NCBI GenBank assembly: GCA_030141605.1
Contig: JAQGDQ010000270.1
Coordinates: 62,001-126,000 of the forward strand
Source of the DNA: Tubiluchus corallicola
Taxonomy: Eukaryota; Animalia; Priapulida
Direction: 5' to 3'
Length of the DNA: 64,000 nucleotides
Every line of letters starts with the position of its first letter. The first letter of the stretch is position 1. This document shows positions 63,608 to 64,000 of the stretch, in pieces. The position numbers were made by a program, and so were the translations under genes. Below the pieces are notes generated by a model. The model was not told where the DNA came from and did not search any database. It saw only the letters and a list, made by a program, of their open reading frames with translations.

Positions 63608-64000
63608 GCTTTACTTTACTTTACTTTACTTTACTTTACTTTACTTTACTTTACTTTACTTTACTTTACTTTACTTTACTTTACTTTACTTTACTTTACT
63701 TTACTTTACTTTACTTTACTTCATTTCCCTTTACTTTACTTTCTTTACTTTACTTTACTCTACTCTACTCTACTGTACTCTACTCTACTCTACTCTACTC
63801 TACTCTACTCTACTCTACTCTACTTTACTTTACTTCATTTCCCTTTGCTTCATTTCGCTTTTATTTTATTTTATTTTATTTTATTTTATTTTATTTTATT
63901 TTATTTTATTTTATTTTATTTTATTTTATTTTATTTTATTTTATTTTATTTTATTTTATTTTATTTTATTTTATTTTATTTTATTTTATTTTATTTTATT
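63608..64000. repeat. Compound pentanucleotide microsatellite (TTTAC)n/(TCTAC)n/(TTTTA)n
   Basis: Direct inspection; it runs off the window end. Confidence 0.95.

Overview
AT-rich, intron-rich animal genomic DNA; an invertebrate is inferred from gene content and repeat types, and the species cannot be determined. Three conserved genes can be reconstructed by hand from GT-AG splice sites and frame continuity. (1) The 3' 18 coding exons of acetyl-CoA carboxylase (+, 1681-24327; end of central domain plus the carboxyltransferase domain). (2) An apparently complete 22-exon FAM193 family gene (+, 29088-48092, about 1324 aa). (3) A full-length, intronless NELF-B/COBRA1 ORF (-, 51391-53121). There is also a candidate first coding exon of an unidentified + strand gene (56884-56958) that may share a bidirectional promoter with NELFB. 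Introns and intergenic DNA carry many transposon relics: a non-autonomous Helitron, hAT MITEs with 8-bp TSDs (one nested in a TA-flanked MITE), TA-flanked pogo/Tigger-type MITEs, a Harbinger-type MITE, an internally deleted pogo transposon, a decayed LINE, CR1/L2 3' ends and tRNA-derived SINE heads, plus satellites and long hairpins. The most unusual observations are three independent tandem duplications that straddle splice sites and create decoy donors or acceptors, and the intronless NELFB. Most short ORFs in the supplied track are spurious. I found no convincing wholly new multi-gene system.
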